Shown here one piece after another: positions 37,300 through 47,354 of a stretch of 64,000 nt of DNA (the first letter of the stretch is position 1; each line of letters opens with the position of its first letter). Location of the stretch: IMG/VR virus record IMGVR_UViG_3300049845_000008, positions 9,811 to 73,810 of that record. One strand, 5' to 3'. The stretch is from a virus. The position numbers and the translations under genes are program-made. The notes under the pieces are model-generated. The model was not told where the DNA came from, did not search any database, and saw only the letters and a program-made list of their open reading frames with translations.

Positions 37300-39930
37300 T
37301 TACTTCCCTTCAAGAACTTTGATACGTTCGCTCAGTTCCTTGATGGCTTCTAGCAGGACAGGAACCAGTCGGTCGTAGGACACGCGGAGATATCCGGCGC
37401 TGTCTTCGTGCACGGCTTCTGGCAATACAGCCAGAACTTCCTGTGCGATCACACCGATTTCATTACCCGTGGTGTTCTCATAGCCAATTTCAAGTGCAAG
37501 ATCGTTCCAACGATACTTGATCGTGTGAATCTTCTCTAGTGTGTCAACGGCATTCTCGACGTTTCCAACAATGTTCTTGAGTCGAATATCGGACGTTGCA
37601 GCGAAGTCGGTCGCATACACAATTCCGGCATTCATGTAGACCACGCCGTTGTTGATGTATGGAGTGTAGTTAGCACCGGCAGACTGAACACCGACTAGCT
37701 GCCAGTTTCCACCCGTGCTTGTGGTCGCGTTAATTGCGGTCGAAGGACCGGTGGAACCTTGCGTTCCTTGGCGACCCTGCAAACCCTGAATGCCCTGTAG
37801 ACCAGTGATACCCTGTGCGCCAGTGGTTCCTTGAGTACCGGTTGCGCCCTGCGTACCCGTAGCACCCTGCGTTCCGGCACCCGTGGTACCTTGCAGACCT
37901 AGCGTACCCTGAGAACCGGTAAAGCCTTGCAGCCCTTGAATACCCTGAATGCCTGTGGTACCCTGAGAACCGGTTGCACCTTGCGTACCCGCGCCTGTGA
38001 TACCTTGCAGACCTGTCGAACCTTGAATACCGGTCGCGCCCTGCGTACCGATACCAGACGTTCCTTGTGCGCCAGTAGTACCTTGCGTGCCTGCACCAGT
38101 GAGTCCCTGAATACCGGTGGCTCCCTGTGTACCTGTGCCGGTCGTACCTTGAATACCTGTCGAACCCGTGGTGCCTTGGCGACCCTGAATACCTTGAATA
38201 CCCTGAATACCTTGTGCACCGTCCGAACCGATGAAGCCGTTGATACCCTGTGCACCGGTTGCACCCTGAATACCCTGTGGTCCGAGCAATGCAGGATTAG
38301 AGTTATCGACGGCGAACGAAATGTTTGCGTTACCGTTGATGCCTGCGCCCACCGTGACGAGAACCGTCGCAGTGTTGTTGAAGTTGATGCCGTTTGCCTT
38401 CGCAATGGTCGAGCCGGTGTTGGCTGAGACACGTACCGTGTTGGCTGCACTGTTCGAAGATACGAGTGCGGCAATCGCGTTGATGTTCGCAGCGTTGACG
38501 AGCAAGGCGGATGCGACGTTGCCGGTATCGGTCGAGTAGACAGTCTGGACGTTGGCACTGGTGATCAGTGTTGAATACGTGCCTAGATCGTTTGCAGTTG
38601 CTCGCCACGTATTAGAGGTAGTGGAGAATGCAATCTGAGCGTTACCGTTTGTCGTGCCTTGGAACACACCGAACGAACCGTCGCCGCGAGTCGTCTGAGC
38701 AACGCGCAGTCTGTAGGATGAAGAGTCCGATTCGGATGGTGCAGAGATTGGATCCTTTACCGTGAGGCTTGTGACTTCCAGAGTCGCGATGTTTGCAAGA
38801 ATAACGTTTGCTCTGGTAGTGACATTCAGCAAGCCAATCGATGCGTTAGTGGTGACACTGTTCGCAGTCGATACGTTAGCAAAGTTGGCTGTTGCACCCG
38901 CAGCCGCGACGTTCAGAGTTGCAACGTTTGCGGTGACGATGTTGGCGAGGACTGCGTTTGCGCGAGTTGTGACGTTCAGCGTGCCGATGGATGCGTTGGT
39001 CGTCGTCGTGTTTGCGAGCGTGACGTTCGCAAAGTTAGCGGTTGCACCGGCTGCGGCGACGTTCAGTGTCGCGACATTGGCTGTGACAACGTTGGCGAGA
39101 ACCGCATTCGCAGCAGTGGTGACAACCAATGTGCCGATAGAAGCATTGGTCGTGATCGTGTTTGCGAGTGTGACGTTGGCGAAGTTCGCGACGGAACCCG
39201 TGGCTGCGACGTTCAGTGTGGTGACGTTGGCTACGGTAGCGACGAACTTGGTATAGACGTTCATGACCGATGCAACGGCATTGGTCGTATTAGAGTTAGA
39301 AGTAAAGACGTTGGCGAAGTTCGCGGTTGCGCCGGTCGTGTTCGCGTGGAGCGTCAGAACGTTCTGAGTGGTCGTGTTGGCTAGTGTGATGCGAGCGTTG
39401 CCAATTGTAGCTACGTTGGATACCTGAATGTTGCCGGTGATGTAGACGTTGGAACTGTTAGCCACCGAACGAACGACAAACACGTTGGCTACGTTCATGA
39501 TCACGTTGCCGTTGGCATAGGTTCCAGAAGTTTCGATGAATCCGGATGCGTTGACGTTGGCTAGCGACGAGAATGTGTTGTTGTAGAGGAAGCGAGTACG
39601 AGTGTTGCCGTTGGCATGAATCGTGCCGTCGCCTGCGCGGAACTTGATATCCAGAGAGTCAGAGTACAGGTAGGCTGCACCACCGTCCTGTTCGAAGTTC
39701 TTAAGCGAAACCTTACCCGATACGCGAGCGTCAGCCGTAACGTCCAACATCGTGCCGGTGGCGTTGGCTAGAACCAGTTTACCTACGGTGAAGGTGACGT
39801 TTCCGACTGGCTTGGTGAATTCACCACGCGCAATTTCATTAACGTCGTTCGCCATTAGGTTGTCACGGATTCTCCAAACCTCAAAGGTATTGGTAGTTTG
39901 GATGATCGTGCTGTTTGATACATTAGCCAT
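37300..39930 (-). CDS. Tail fibre with AN-rich repeats, collagen segment and C-terminal intramolecular chaperone (Peptidase S74)
   Basis: TNTFEVWR...N N-terminus; TSDIRLKN...Y.WN...IGVIAQEV..VLPEAV...V.YD.LVPVLLEAIKEL. Confidence 0.88.
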   Translation of the reverse strand: MANVSNSTIIQTTNTFEVWRIRDNLMANDVNEIARGEFTKPVGNVTFTVGKLVLANATGTMLDVTADARVSGKVSLKNFEQDGGAAYLYSDSLDIKFRAGDGTIHANGNTRTRFLYNNTFSSLANVNASGFIETSGTYANGNVIMNVANVFVVRSVANSSNVYITGNIQVSNVATIGNARITLANTTTQNVLTLHANTTGATANFANVFTSNSNTTNAVASVMNVYTKFVATVANVTTLNVAATGSVANFANVTLANTITTNASIGTLVVTTAANAVLANVVTANVATLNVAAAGATANFANVTLANTTTTNASIGTLNVTTRANAVLANIVTANVATLNVAAAGATANFANVSTANSVTTNASIGLLNVTTRANVILANIATLEVTSLTVKDPISAPSESDSSSYRLRVAQTTRGDGSFGVFQGTTNGNAQIAFSTTSNTWRATANDLGTYSTLITSANVQTVYSTDTGNVASALLVNAANINAIAALVSSNSAANTVRVSANTGSTIAKANGINFNNTATVLVTVGAGINGNANISFAVDNSNPALLGPQGIQGATGAQGINGFIGSDGAQGIQGIQGIQGRQGTTGSTGIQGTTGTGTQGATGIQGLTGAGTQGTTGAQGTSGIGTQGATGIQGSTGLQGITGAGTQGATGSQGTTGIQGIQGLQGFTGSQGTLGLQGTTGAGTQGATGTQGATGTQGTTGAQGITGLQGIQGLQGRQGTQGSTGPSTAINATTSTGGNWQLVGVQSAGANYTPYINNGVVYMNAGIVYATDFAATSDIRLKNIVGNVENAVDTLEKIHTIKYRWNDLALEIGYENTTGNEIGVIAQEVLAVLPEAVHEDSAGYLRVSYDRLVPVLLEAIKELSERIKVLEGK

Positions 39931-39933
39931 TTG

Positions 39934-40152
39934 TTATCTTCTCTGTGTCAGGAGTTGTCCCAACAGTTCCTTGATTTCGGAAATGTCGTTCTTGATGGTA
40001 TTTATCTCTTCCTCTTGAGCCTTTCGCTTACGAAGAGCTTCCATCTTCTGCTCATGGGTTCTGAGTTGTGAACGGTCGGTGTTCAGGATGGCGAAGTTTC
40101 CGGCATCCCGAATGAGTCGCTCATTTTCCCGCACTTTGAGTTTCATGTTCAT
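39934..40152 (-). CDS. Small coiled-coil hypothetical protein (probable start MNMKLKV)
   Basis: LIRD...AILNTD...EINTIKNDISEIKELL. Confidence 0.7.
   Translation of the reverse strand: MNMKLKVRENERLIRDAGNFAILNTDRSQLRTHEQKMEALRKRKAQEEEINTIKNDISEIKELLGQLLTQRR
39999..40005 (-). promoter_or_regulatory. Intragenic late promoter ATAAATA for the tail fibre
   Basis: About 70 nt upstream of the 39930 start. Confidence 0.5.
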
Positions 40153-43100
40153 CAGCCTTCCGGAGTAGCAATGATTCTCAAGTTCTGTACCCAAGGCGCA
40201 ACAGTGGTATCGACTGCGGTGAGGCAGACCTTGACTGCGAAGTATTTGAACTTGCCGCCGATTGGATACTGAATACCGTTTTCCATGTACTTGAGTTCAT
40301 TCTCAAGGAGGTCTGGACGGAACTGCAATTCGATGACCTGACGAGCATCCTTGGACTTCTTATCCACCACCTTGTTCATGAGAACCCAAGACTTGTCGGC
40401 AAAACGCTCTGGATCTTCGGATCCTAGCACCTTGTAGTAGCAATGAACGTCAGTTCCGTTAGGACGGACAACATCCATGAACACGCGAAGGTCGCCTGCT
40501 TCGAAGCCATCTTCCAGTGCGATCTGGCGAGTGAGGTAGCGGCAGAGGATGTTTCCGCCACGCTTGCCGTCTTCGCCCTGTGCAACAGCAGCGGCTCGGA
40601 TCATGCCGGAAGCGGCATTGCCGATAGCCACGTTGAGTCTTGGCGTCTTGATGTAGCCGGAACCTTCCGAGGTCATGACGATGTAGTTGACCGTGTTGGA
40701 TGCATCCGTGTTTGCGACTGCAAAGCCTTCTGCGCCCGTACCGAACTCATTGGCTGCGACCGAGACATAGTAGAAGCCGACGTTGAAGTTGTTGGCTAGG
40801 TAAGTCTCACGGAACAACTGAGCGATGTTGTTCTGAGTGTTATTAGCACCACCGAACACCACGTTGCCCGAGGTCGAAACTGCGTTGTAGCCTGCACCCG
40901 GATTGGTGATCGAAATGACGGTATTGGAGATACCTGCATTGTTGATGGCATGGTCAGCCGGAACAACCGCAAGGGTTTCCAGATTGAAGATAGGCGAAAC
41001 GTCCGTATCCGAAGTGGCGAACTCTGCAAGCACCTGAACACTGTTCGCATTACCCGTCAGGAGTGTGCGAGCGTTGTTGAAGTTAGCCGAGGTTTCCTTG
41101 TTCGAAGCGTCCATCAGGTCGCCATACTTGAAGATGGTCTGTGGCTTGATAGCCACGTAGTTGTCAAAGGCAGCGTTAGCCTTGAAGACACCCTTTACCT
41201 TGAAGTCGATATCGGACACAGGGAAGGAGAGCTTGTCTGCGTTGATGAACATACGATCTACGTTCATGTCGAAGGTAGGCACTTCCTTGATCTGGAACGA
41301 TGCTGAACCGGTCGAAGAGAACTTCGCCTTGTTGATGACGAACATGAGGTCTTCGTTCTGATACGGAGTCCATGTCGTCGCGTTCTGGCTACGGAAGAAC
41401 GATCCGGCGTATGGCTGCTCGGAGATTCTCTGAGGAGGATCTGCGCCTAGCACGTTGCCGCCGAGTTCTGCAATGTAGCACTCGTACTCAGGCGAGTCAG
41501 AGACTACGAGCAATGCGTATTCAGTATCCGGTGCAAGAAACACAGGGTCACGGAAGGTGAACTTCGTGATCGTGTTTGGATCGTCGTAGGAAGGAGAGGT
41601 CGAAATCTTAACGTCCTTACACTTGACCGTGGCTTCTGCAAGATAGTTCTGCGTAGGATAGCCGTTGACCACTTCTGCGATCTTGACCTGTACAGGCAAC
41701 TGCAACGATGCGCGTGCGACCGATGGCTTTGCTCCGAAGAACAATTCCACAGAGGTCACGAACACACCGTAGGACACCTTGTTGGTGTCTGGCTTTGGAG
41801 TCCAGAAGGTCTGTGCAATCGGGTCGCGGGATGGGCGACGAGGAATTAGAGATACCGGCGTGCGAACAACCGGCGCAGCCACAGGCGCAGGCGAAACTGG
41901 ACGCTGCGTTGGTGGTGGCGGAACAACCGGATTGTTAGGTGGCGTTTCAGGCAGCGGACGCATGATAGGAGTGAGGTTGACACGCTGACTAGAATTGCGC
42001 AACCCACCCGAAGAGAATCGTGCGGAAGCCTTCATCGTGAAGTCATCAGAGTCCAGACTATCTACGTCGGTGATGGTCAGCAGACGCTCGCCCGTGCGGA
42101 ACTTGAAGTTAGGCTCTTCTGGAACGTTGAGAATACCGTTGAGGGATCCGTTCTCATCGACGTAGAGGTTGCCGATGGAATACTTCGTGTTCGAAGAAGG
42201 GTCAACCGAGAATGCGGAAGAAACGGTCACACGCTTGCCCGATACAGCCGTGACGCGGCGGAACTGTCCGAGTCCCGTTCCGGAGGTCAGATACATGACG
42301 TTACCGACTGCATTGGTGTTGGCTGTTGCGTTCAGATAGACGTACTGCCCACCGCCTTCGATGGTGTTGGCTGTTGCATTAGCCACGACACCCGAAGAGT
42401 GTTCATAGAGAACCACAGCCACGTTCTTCGACGCCGTGGTTACAGAAACGATGCGGTTGTTGGAAGCAATGTCTACGAGCTTGACACCCGAAACGCGGAA
42501 CTCAGGAGTCGAAGTGTTCGAAGCATTCCAGAGGGTTGCGCGAATGTTAGCCGCAGAGGAGTTGGTGTTCATTCTGCCGTTGATTGGGCTGATGGCTAGA
42601 GAACCGGTTCCTGAATCGTAGTATTCAACCTTACCGGTGAACACTGCGTTGTTGAATTCTGCTCGTCCGGTCGTGGACTGATAGACCAAATCGCCGGGAT
42701 TGAAGTGCAGCGAACTCAGTGCCACGTTCATCTGTGCAAGGTTAGCATTGATGAAGTTCTCAGACACGTAGAGGATGTTCTCACCCGAAGAGCCGATGAC
42801 CTTCATGAACGTCTTCGTGTTGGCATTGATCACACCTTCGTTCATCGTGAAAATGTCAGACGTATTAGAACTGACTTCGCGAGTGACGGAAGCTGAGAAG
42901 GTGGTGATGCCGGTGTTCTTTTCGATGTAGACGTTGGCTGAACTGTCGAAGTTGCCGCTCATCGCGAAGATGACCAACTGCCCGGTCGCTGAGTTGTAGG
43001 ACTTGACGTTTGCGGAGAAGGTTGGGGCTACGTTCGAACTACCCTGATAGAAGTAGTCCGACGATGCGGCTGTGTACGATGTGTTAGGAACGACAGTCAG

Positions 43101-43289
43101 AATCTTCTCGGAGTTGAGAATGATCTTGTTGCCCTTCTGTGTGAAGCCATTCATCGCCACTTCATCGAAGAAGATGCGAGCTAGCTTCTGAGGACGCAGA
43201 TTGTTTGCATCAAAGGCAATGTCCTGTTTCCGCATGTACGGAATCAGGGTTGAATCACCTAGAACTGTTGCTTGTGTTACGTCAGCCAT
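40152..43289 (-). CDS. Virion structural protein (C-terminal part of a DUF4815-type giant protein)
   Basis: IPYMR, FRTGERLLTI, DPIAQTF, GVFVTSVELFF, TKFTF.DPVFL, QPYAGSFFRSQN.TTWT..Q.EDL.F, NLRIIA. Confidence 0.8.
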   Translation of the reverse strand: MADVTQATVLGDSTLIPYMRKQDIAFDANNLRPQKLARIFFDEVAMNGFTQKGNKIILNSEKILTVVPNTSYTAASSDYFYQGSSNVAPTFSANVKSYNSATGQLVIFAMSGNFDSSANVYIEKNTGITTFSASVTREVSSNTSDIFTMNEGVINANTKTFMKVIGSSGENILYVSENFINANLAQMNVALSSLHFNPGDLVYQSTTGRAEFNNAVFTGKVEYYDSGTGSLAISPINGRMNTNSSAANIRATLWNASNTSTPEFRVSGVKLVDIASNNRIVSVTTASKNVAVVLYEHSSGVVANATANTIEGGGQYVYLNATANTNAVGNVMYLTSGTGLGQFRRVTAVSGKRVTVSSAFSVDPSSNTKYSIGNLYVDENGSLNGILNVPEEPNFKFRTGERLLTITDVDSLDSDDFTMKASARFSSGGLRNSSQRVNLTPIMRPLPETPPNNPVVPPPPTQRPVSPAPVAAPVVRTPVSLIPRRPSRDPIAQTFWTPKPDTNKVSYGVFVTSVELFFGAKPSVARASLQLPVQVKIAEVVNGYPTQNYLAEATVKCKDVKISTSPSYDDPNTITKFTFRDPVFLAPDTEYALLVVSDSPEYECYIAELGGNVLGADPPQRISEQPYAGSFFRSQNATTWTPYQNEDLMFVINKAKFSSTGSASFQIKEVPTFDMNVDRMFINADKLSFPVSDIDFKVKGVFKANAAFDNYVAIKPQTIFKYGDLMDASNKETSANFNNARTLLTGNANSVQVLAEFATSDTDVSPIFNLETLAVVPADHAINNAGISNTVISITNPGAGYNAVSTSGNVVFGGANNTQNNIAQLFRETYLANNFNVGFYYVSVAANEFGTGAEGFAVANTDASNTVNYIVMTSEGSGYIKTPRLNVAIGNAASGMIRAAAVAQGEDGKRGGNILCRYLTRQIALEDGFEAGDLRVFMDVVRPNGTDVHCYYKVLGSEDPERFADKSWVLMNKVVDKKSKDARQVIELQFRPDLLENELKYMENGIQYPIGGKFKYFAVKVCLTAVDTTVAPWVQNLRIIATPEG

Positions 43290-43317
43290 TTAGAGAATAC
43301 CTTGTGCGTTAATCATT

Positions 43318-43324
43318 TATTTAT
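43318..43324 (-). promoter_or_regulatory. Late promoter ATAAATA between the two DUF4815-type halves
   Basis: Intergenic, at the upstream stop. Confidence 0.65.
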
Positions 43325-46300
43325 CATCTAAAAGTCACGAATTCCAGCGATCCCATCTTCGTAGAAAGGCTGAATCCACCACCACTCGACGCAGTGACCG
43401 GTGCTGTATAGACTGGCAGCGGCGAACTTGGTGCCGGTGGAATTGGCGCAGGCGTCTTCACCGTGAGGGTTGGGAACAGCAGTCGGATACTGTCGAAGGT
43501 GCTTCTGGTCGTCGTGGTGGTGAGTTTAGGCACCGTGAACGACAGCGATGGAATCAATGGCGACTGAGAAACCGTGGCAACCGGCGTGTTGAACGTCGTG
43601 TTAGCCGCAGGAGGATCGACACCCGGAGTGGTTGTAATCACACTGGTTGCGTTGGAGGTTGGCGTAGGAACCTGTGGCTGTGGCACTGGCTCACGCACTC
43701 TTTCAGCCGCACGCTCGGAGTTGTAGATTTCGCGAATGCGGTCATCAACTTCTGGCGCACGCAGAACATCAGGCTTGAGGGTTTCGGATACCCAAAAGTC
43801 CATTTCCGGAGACAGTGTGCAGTCACCAATGAACTGTGCGAAGAGGAACGGCTGAACCGAAACGAGCTTGTTGGAAGTCACAGTCTGTGCAACCATAGGC
43901 TCTTCGGTGAAGTTCAGCGTCACTGTACGCTCATTCATCTTAAGGTTAGTGGTGTTCAGCAGCTTCATGCCGAAAGGAACGTTGCCCACGTATGGACCCA
44001 TTTCACCTTCTTCCATCGAAACGTTGAAGTCCTGATCCTTGTAGTCAGCGATGTTGAAGTTCTTGAAGCCTTCACCGATGATGCCGTACTTAGCCTTGTC
44101 GGTGCCGTCTTCATACTTCGTAGAGTCGCCCATGGCTAGCCCTTCGATGTTGTTCAGCGAAGTGTAGTATTCCAGAGACTCAACGCGCTTGTCGATTCGC
44201 GAGATATCCTTCATGGTGTATCTGCGGTTCTCGTTGTACTTCAAGCGAATGTCTTCGGTCGAGGATACGAACGGAGCGAGATAGATCGTGTAAAGAGTCA
44301 TCGCATCTTCTGTGTCATCCGGTGGGATTGGCGCAGGCGAAGAGACACCCTTGAGAATGCGGAATTCCTTGTGCTTCGAAAGAACGAGCTTGTCGATACG
44401 TGGGAGATAGTAGTCGAAGCTCAATTCGGTCGAACTGTTTGGATCCGGCAGAATGCCCGTATCGATGGTTCCGTCCGAAACGCCGATGCGACGGGTTGGG
44501 CGGAAGTCGAGGCAGTCACGCAGGAAGTATGCACCCGAGGATTCGGAGAAGTAGACTGGAATCTGCCCATCCTCATACACGGTCGTATCATACGAGTCCA
44601 CGGAGAAGTAAGTGGAGTTAGCAGGATAACTGTGCTGATAGAAGTCAACGTGTATCGTCAACCTTGCATTCGGCGTAGGGTATCCCTGCTTGAGCGTGAT
44701 CTTGGCGTGTTCATACATTTCCTCAGTCTGTCCGAGGTCGATGGCAAAGTGGTCAGTAATGTCCTGACTGTTTGTTGCATCTGCAACATGCGTGGTGTTG
44801 CCCTTGAGAATTGCACGGACGTTGACCACATCAGGCACATAGAGGCTGATGGAATCGCCGGGGAAGATCTTAGTGACAGATGGTTCCGTGATGAAGATCA
44901 GTCCGTTTGCGACGTTGATCTTAGCCACGTTGCCCACGTTAGGGACTGCAACCGTGTAGTCGGTGTTTACGCCGCTGTCCGTTGGATAGTTGAACGGCGC
45001 AGTGGTGAGCAATGGATTCGAACGCAGGGTCTTCGTGCGCTTACGCAGATGCGCATCGTTCTGCTTGACGAGAACATATGCATCGATTCTGGTAATCGTG
45101 GATGGAAGAGTGACCGTAACTGCACCACCCAAGCCGGGAGTGACCGCGACTTCGCCAGTGTTCAGCTTGAGAACCGTTCCGTTGGCAATTGCACCGCCCG
45201 AGGTTTCACGAACCACAACGATCAGGTTGTCTTCGATGTTCGAATTGGTGACAGACCATGGAATCGATTCGTGCGCTTCAACCGTCAACGTGAAGATACC
45301 GCCTGCGCCAGTGGATTGCATGTACTTGATGTTGTTGTAATCAACATTAGTCAACGATCCGCGCTTGACGGTGTTCTGTGGCAGACGGAAGATAACCCGC
45401 TTGTCAGAAGCTTCGAAGAGTTCCGTGGAGCCGTCGATCAGCAAGGACTGGATTGCGATGTTCGCATGGGCATTAGCCTTACCGAACGTGGCGTTAGGCT
45501 TGACCCAAGACTTGAGGTTGTTGATGCCGAAGTTCAACTGGACAACGGTGTTGTTCGCAGGAACGGCATTGTCGTCCCATGGTCGATCAATCGTTGCAAC
45601 CTGAGTCGAACCCACGTAGGATGTGATCTTACGCGACTGGTTGGTGACGTTCGAAGAGTACGTGTTCTGTAGAAGAATCTGCACGTTGGCGTTTGGCGAG
45701 CCGCCCACAACCGTCTTCGTGAACGCTGAGTTGACGTAGAGGTAGTTTGTAGCCACGTTGACAACTTCACGAACTTCGTCAGCCACGCGAATGACCTGTC
45801 CTACCTGCACCGAGGCAAGAGTGGATTCCGCATTGACGCGAGTGGAGTTGATGAAGACGTTGGCTGCGTTGACAGCCGCAACAGGAGTGAGTGTAACAGG
45901 CAGAACGGTGATCGTGGTGTTCTGGTATACGTTGTCCTTCTGGCTTGATAATGGCGGCAACTTCACAGTGGTCGAGGTCGAACCGGTAGGAATGACAAGC
46001 ACTCTTGGCTTGATGTTGATATCGGTGAAGTGGAAGTCGAAGACACCGTTGGAGTCTACGTTGGCTACGCCGTCCTGCGCTGCGATATCGCGGCGAATAG
46101 CACGAATCTTGGCTGTACCGATCTTCGTGTTGGCGTAGAAGGACGAGTTCGCACCGGCTGAGACACCAATGTTGACGTTGGCAACGTCGGTGCAGTGGAG
46201 GTCTACCGTGTCAAGTCCGGTGGTGTTGATGAACGTTGCGGCGTTCGAACCCCATACGTTCTTGAACTTAAGGTAATTGCCATAAGAAGTATCGAAGTCA

Positions 46301-47343
46301 ATGTCCACAAGCGAACGAGTATCGATACCGTCCGTGCGTGGCTTGGGAGCTTCCATCTTGACCGTGCCGATGGTTTCAAATTCGAAGCCCTTGACGTAAG
46401 CCTTGCCCGGTTCGATGTTGATGATGTAGTTGTTTGCGTTCTGCGATTCGCCCACGGAAGCGCGGAAAGGAATGACGGTGTAATCGCCCGACTCATCGAA
46501 CGTTCTACGTGCGAGTGTCTTTTCGATTTCCGAGTAGATTGGATACTTGACTTGCTTCGTGATTGCGCCGTTCTCGACTCGCATGAGTTCGAAGAACTTG
46601 GATTCGTCAACTGCGGTGTCCAGAGGGCGAGTGGAGAGCGTCAGTCCGAACTGGTAGCGGTCTGCACCCGGAGCCTGATAGTTGAACGAGTCCTGTGCAG
46701 GATCCAACAGAGTTGCGTCGATAGCGTAGTCTACGATTTCGTCGGTGACTTCAAGACCGATCTTGACGTTTGCGTTCTGAGAGTAAGCAGCGACCACAGC
46801 CGTCTGTGGATTGACCGTGACGAAATAGCCGTCAACGTAGAAGATACCGTCGTTGATCGATGCGACCGTTCCCTTGCCCGACGCAGCCGAAGCGATCAGC
46901 TTGGCGCGAGTGGTGGTTCCTGCGACCTTGAATACGTCGCCGTCCGAGAAATCCACACCCGAAAGATACTTGATCAACAGGGTTGGCGTACCGCCCGATG
47001 GGTAGTACGATGCGAGAACCTTAGCCTGTACCAGAGAGTCAGAGTCGCGAAGAATGACCTTACCCACGAATAGGTCAAGCTCAACGTCTTCGTTGTTGTA
47101 GGTTTCGTCTAGCTTGATGTACGTAACAGAGTTGTCTAGGGCTAGATTGCCGCCAATGACAGGCGAACCATCCTGAAAGATGTGGTCGCCAAAGGCTTTG
47201 ATCTGGTTCTGTAGAATAGACTGAATCTGAGTCAGTTCGCGTGCCTGAACTGAGAACCCCGGCTTGAACAGGATCTTCAGATAGTTGTTGTCTTTCGCGT
47301 TCTGCTGAAAGTCGTCGTTATACGGTTCTACGTTGAATTCCAT
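43324..47343 (-). CDS. DUF4815-type large virion structural protein (N-terminal part)
   Basis: FNVEPYNDDF, KILFKPGFSVQARELTQIQSILQNQI, APGADR, LARRTFDESGDY, YYLPRIDK, RRYTMKDI. Confidence 0.85.
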   Translation of the reverse strand: MEFNVEPYNDDFQQNAKDNNYLKILFKPGFSVQARELTQIQSILQNQIKAFGDHIFQDGSPVIGGNLALDNSVTYIKLDETYNNEDVELDLFVGKVILRDSDSLVQAKVLASYYPSGGTPTLLIKYLSGVDFSDGDVFKVAGTTTRAKLIASAASGKGTVASINDGIFYVDGYFVTVNPQTAVVAAYSQNANVKIGLEVTDEIVDYAIDATLLDPAQDSFNYQAPGADRYQFGLTLSTRPLDTAVDESKFFELMRVENGAITKQVKYPIYSEIEKTLARRTFDESGDYTVIPFRASVGESQNANNYIINIEPGKAYVKGFEFETIGTVKMEAPKPRTDGIDTRSLVDIDFDTSYGNYLKFKNVWGSNAATFINTTGLDTVDLHCTDVANVNIGVSAGANSSFYANTKIGTAKIRAIRRDIAAQDGVANVDSNGVFDFHFTDINIKPRVLVIPTGSTSTTVKLPPLSSQKDNVYQNTTITVLPVTLTPVAAVNAANVFINSTRVNAESTLASVQVGQVIRVADEVREVVNVATNYLYVNSAFTKTVVGGSPNANVQILLQNTYSSNVTNQSRKITSYVGSTQVATIDRPWDDNAVPANNTVVQLNFGINNLKSWVKPNATFGKANAHANIAIQSLLIDGSTELFEASDKRVIFRLPQNTVKRGSLTNVDYNNIKYMQSTGAGGIFTLTVEAHESIPWSVTNSNIEDNLIVVVRETSGGAIANGTVLKLNTGEVAVTPGLGGAVTVTLPSTITRIDAYVLVKQNDAHLRKRTKTLRSNPLLTTAPFNYPTDSGVNTDYTVAVPNVGNVAKINVANGLIFITEPSVTKIFPGDSISLYVPDVVNVRAILKGNTTHVADATNSQDITDHFAIDLGQTEEMYEHAKITLKQGYPTPNARLTIHVDFYQHSYPANSTYFSVDSYDTTVYEDGQIPVYFSESSGAYFLRDCLDFRPTRRIGVSDGTIDTGILPDPNSSTELSFDYYLPRIDKLVLSKHKEFRILKGVSSPAPIPPDDTEDAMTLYTIYLAPFVSSTEDIRLKYNENRRYTMKDISRIDKRVESLEYYTSLNNIEGLAMGDSTKYEDGTDKAKYGIIGEGFKNFNIADYKDQDFNVSMEEGEMGPYVGNVPFGMKLLNTTNLKMNERTVTLNFTEEPMVAQTVTSNKLVSVQPFLFAQFIGDCTLSPEMDFWVSETLKPDVLRAPEVDDRIREIYNSERAAERVREPVPQPQVPTPTSNATSVITTTPGVDPPAANTTFNTPVATVSQSPLIPSLSFTVPKLTTTTTRSTFDSIRLLFPTLTVKTPAPIPPAPSSPLPVYTAPVTASSGGGFSLSTKMGSLEFVTFR

Positions 47344-47354
47344 TGCTTACTCTC

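Noticed and set aside
44371-45672. 433-aa plus-strand ORF
   Set aside because: Antisense shadow of the DUF4815-type gene; no motifs; explained by codon bias
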